Shown in pieces: positions 22,516 to 22,587 of a stretch of DNA of 22,587 bases (positions are counted from its first letter, which is position 1; every line of letters begins with the position of its first letter). The stretch spans positions 1-22,587 of the forward strand of contig JANNWY010000326.1 in NCBI GenBank assembly GCA_031409335.1, in the 5' to 3' direction. The DNA is from Chthoniobacteraceae bacterium (GTDB lineage Bacteria > Verrucomicrobiota > Verrucomicrobiia > Chthoniobacterales > Chthoniobacteraceae). The translations under genes and the position numbers were made by a program. Below the pieces are notes generated by a model that was not told the DNA's origin, searched no databases, and was given only the letters and a program-made list of their open reading frames with translations.

Positions 22516-22587
22516 CCGCGAAACACGCGAAAGAACGCGAAAATGAGAGAAGAGTGAACGGGGATCATTTCGCGTTCTTTCGCGTGT
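22516..22587. repeat. Palindromic element built from 9-10-nt (cgcgaaa-core) units, cut by the window end
   Basis: acacgcgaaagaacgcgaaaatga (22523-22546) pairs with tcatttcgcgttctttcgcgtgt (22565-22587). Confidence 0.8.

Noticed and set aside
543..22587. CRISPR array or RNA gene among the repeats
   Set aside because: No direct repeats with regular unique spacers, no cas genes, and no tRNA/rRNA-like sequence recognised.

Overview
High-GC bacterial window, most likely Verrucomicrobiota (Chthoniobacterales-like; inferred from the PEP-CTERM gene, sulfatase, DUF1080 fusion, repeat types and Shine-Dalgarno-poor starts). It opens with the right end of an IS256-family element abutting a 5'-truncated, degenerate infA. 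Next come rpmJ-rpsM-rpsK (long N-terminal extension)-rpsD and a terminator, with no rpoA/rplQ. An accessory stretch follows: serine hydrolase, PEP-CTERM protein with a candidate sigma54 promoter, REC-metallo-beta-lactamase fusion, membrane protein, sulfatase, coupled OB-fold + S1/P1 nuclease, second serine hydrolase, PL10-like pectate lyase and a Tat-exported TIM-barrel-DUF1080 fusion. The window ends with most of a minus-strand MoxR/Bat-type operon (DUF58, membrane protein, two vWA proteins, a Cys-tailed TPR-like protein, a 1263-aa exported protein). Six different palindromic repeat elements are present. The most striking is a GTAG-REP doublet inserted in frame (168 nt, 56 codons) inside the signal-peptide coding sequence of the 1263-aa gene. 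All calls come from reading motifs by eye; no searches were run.
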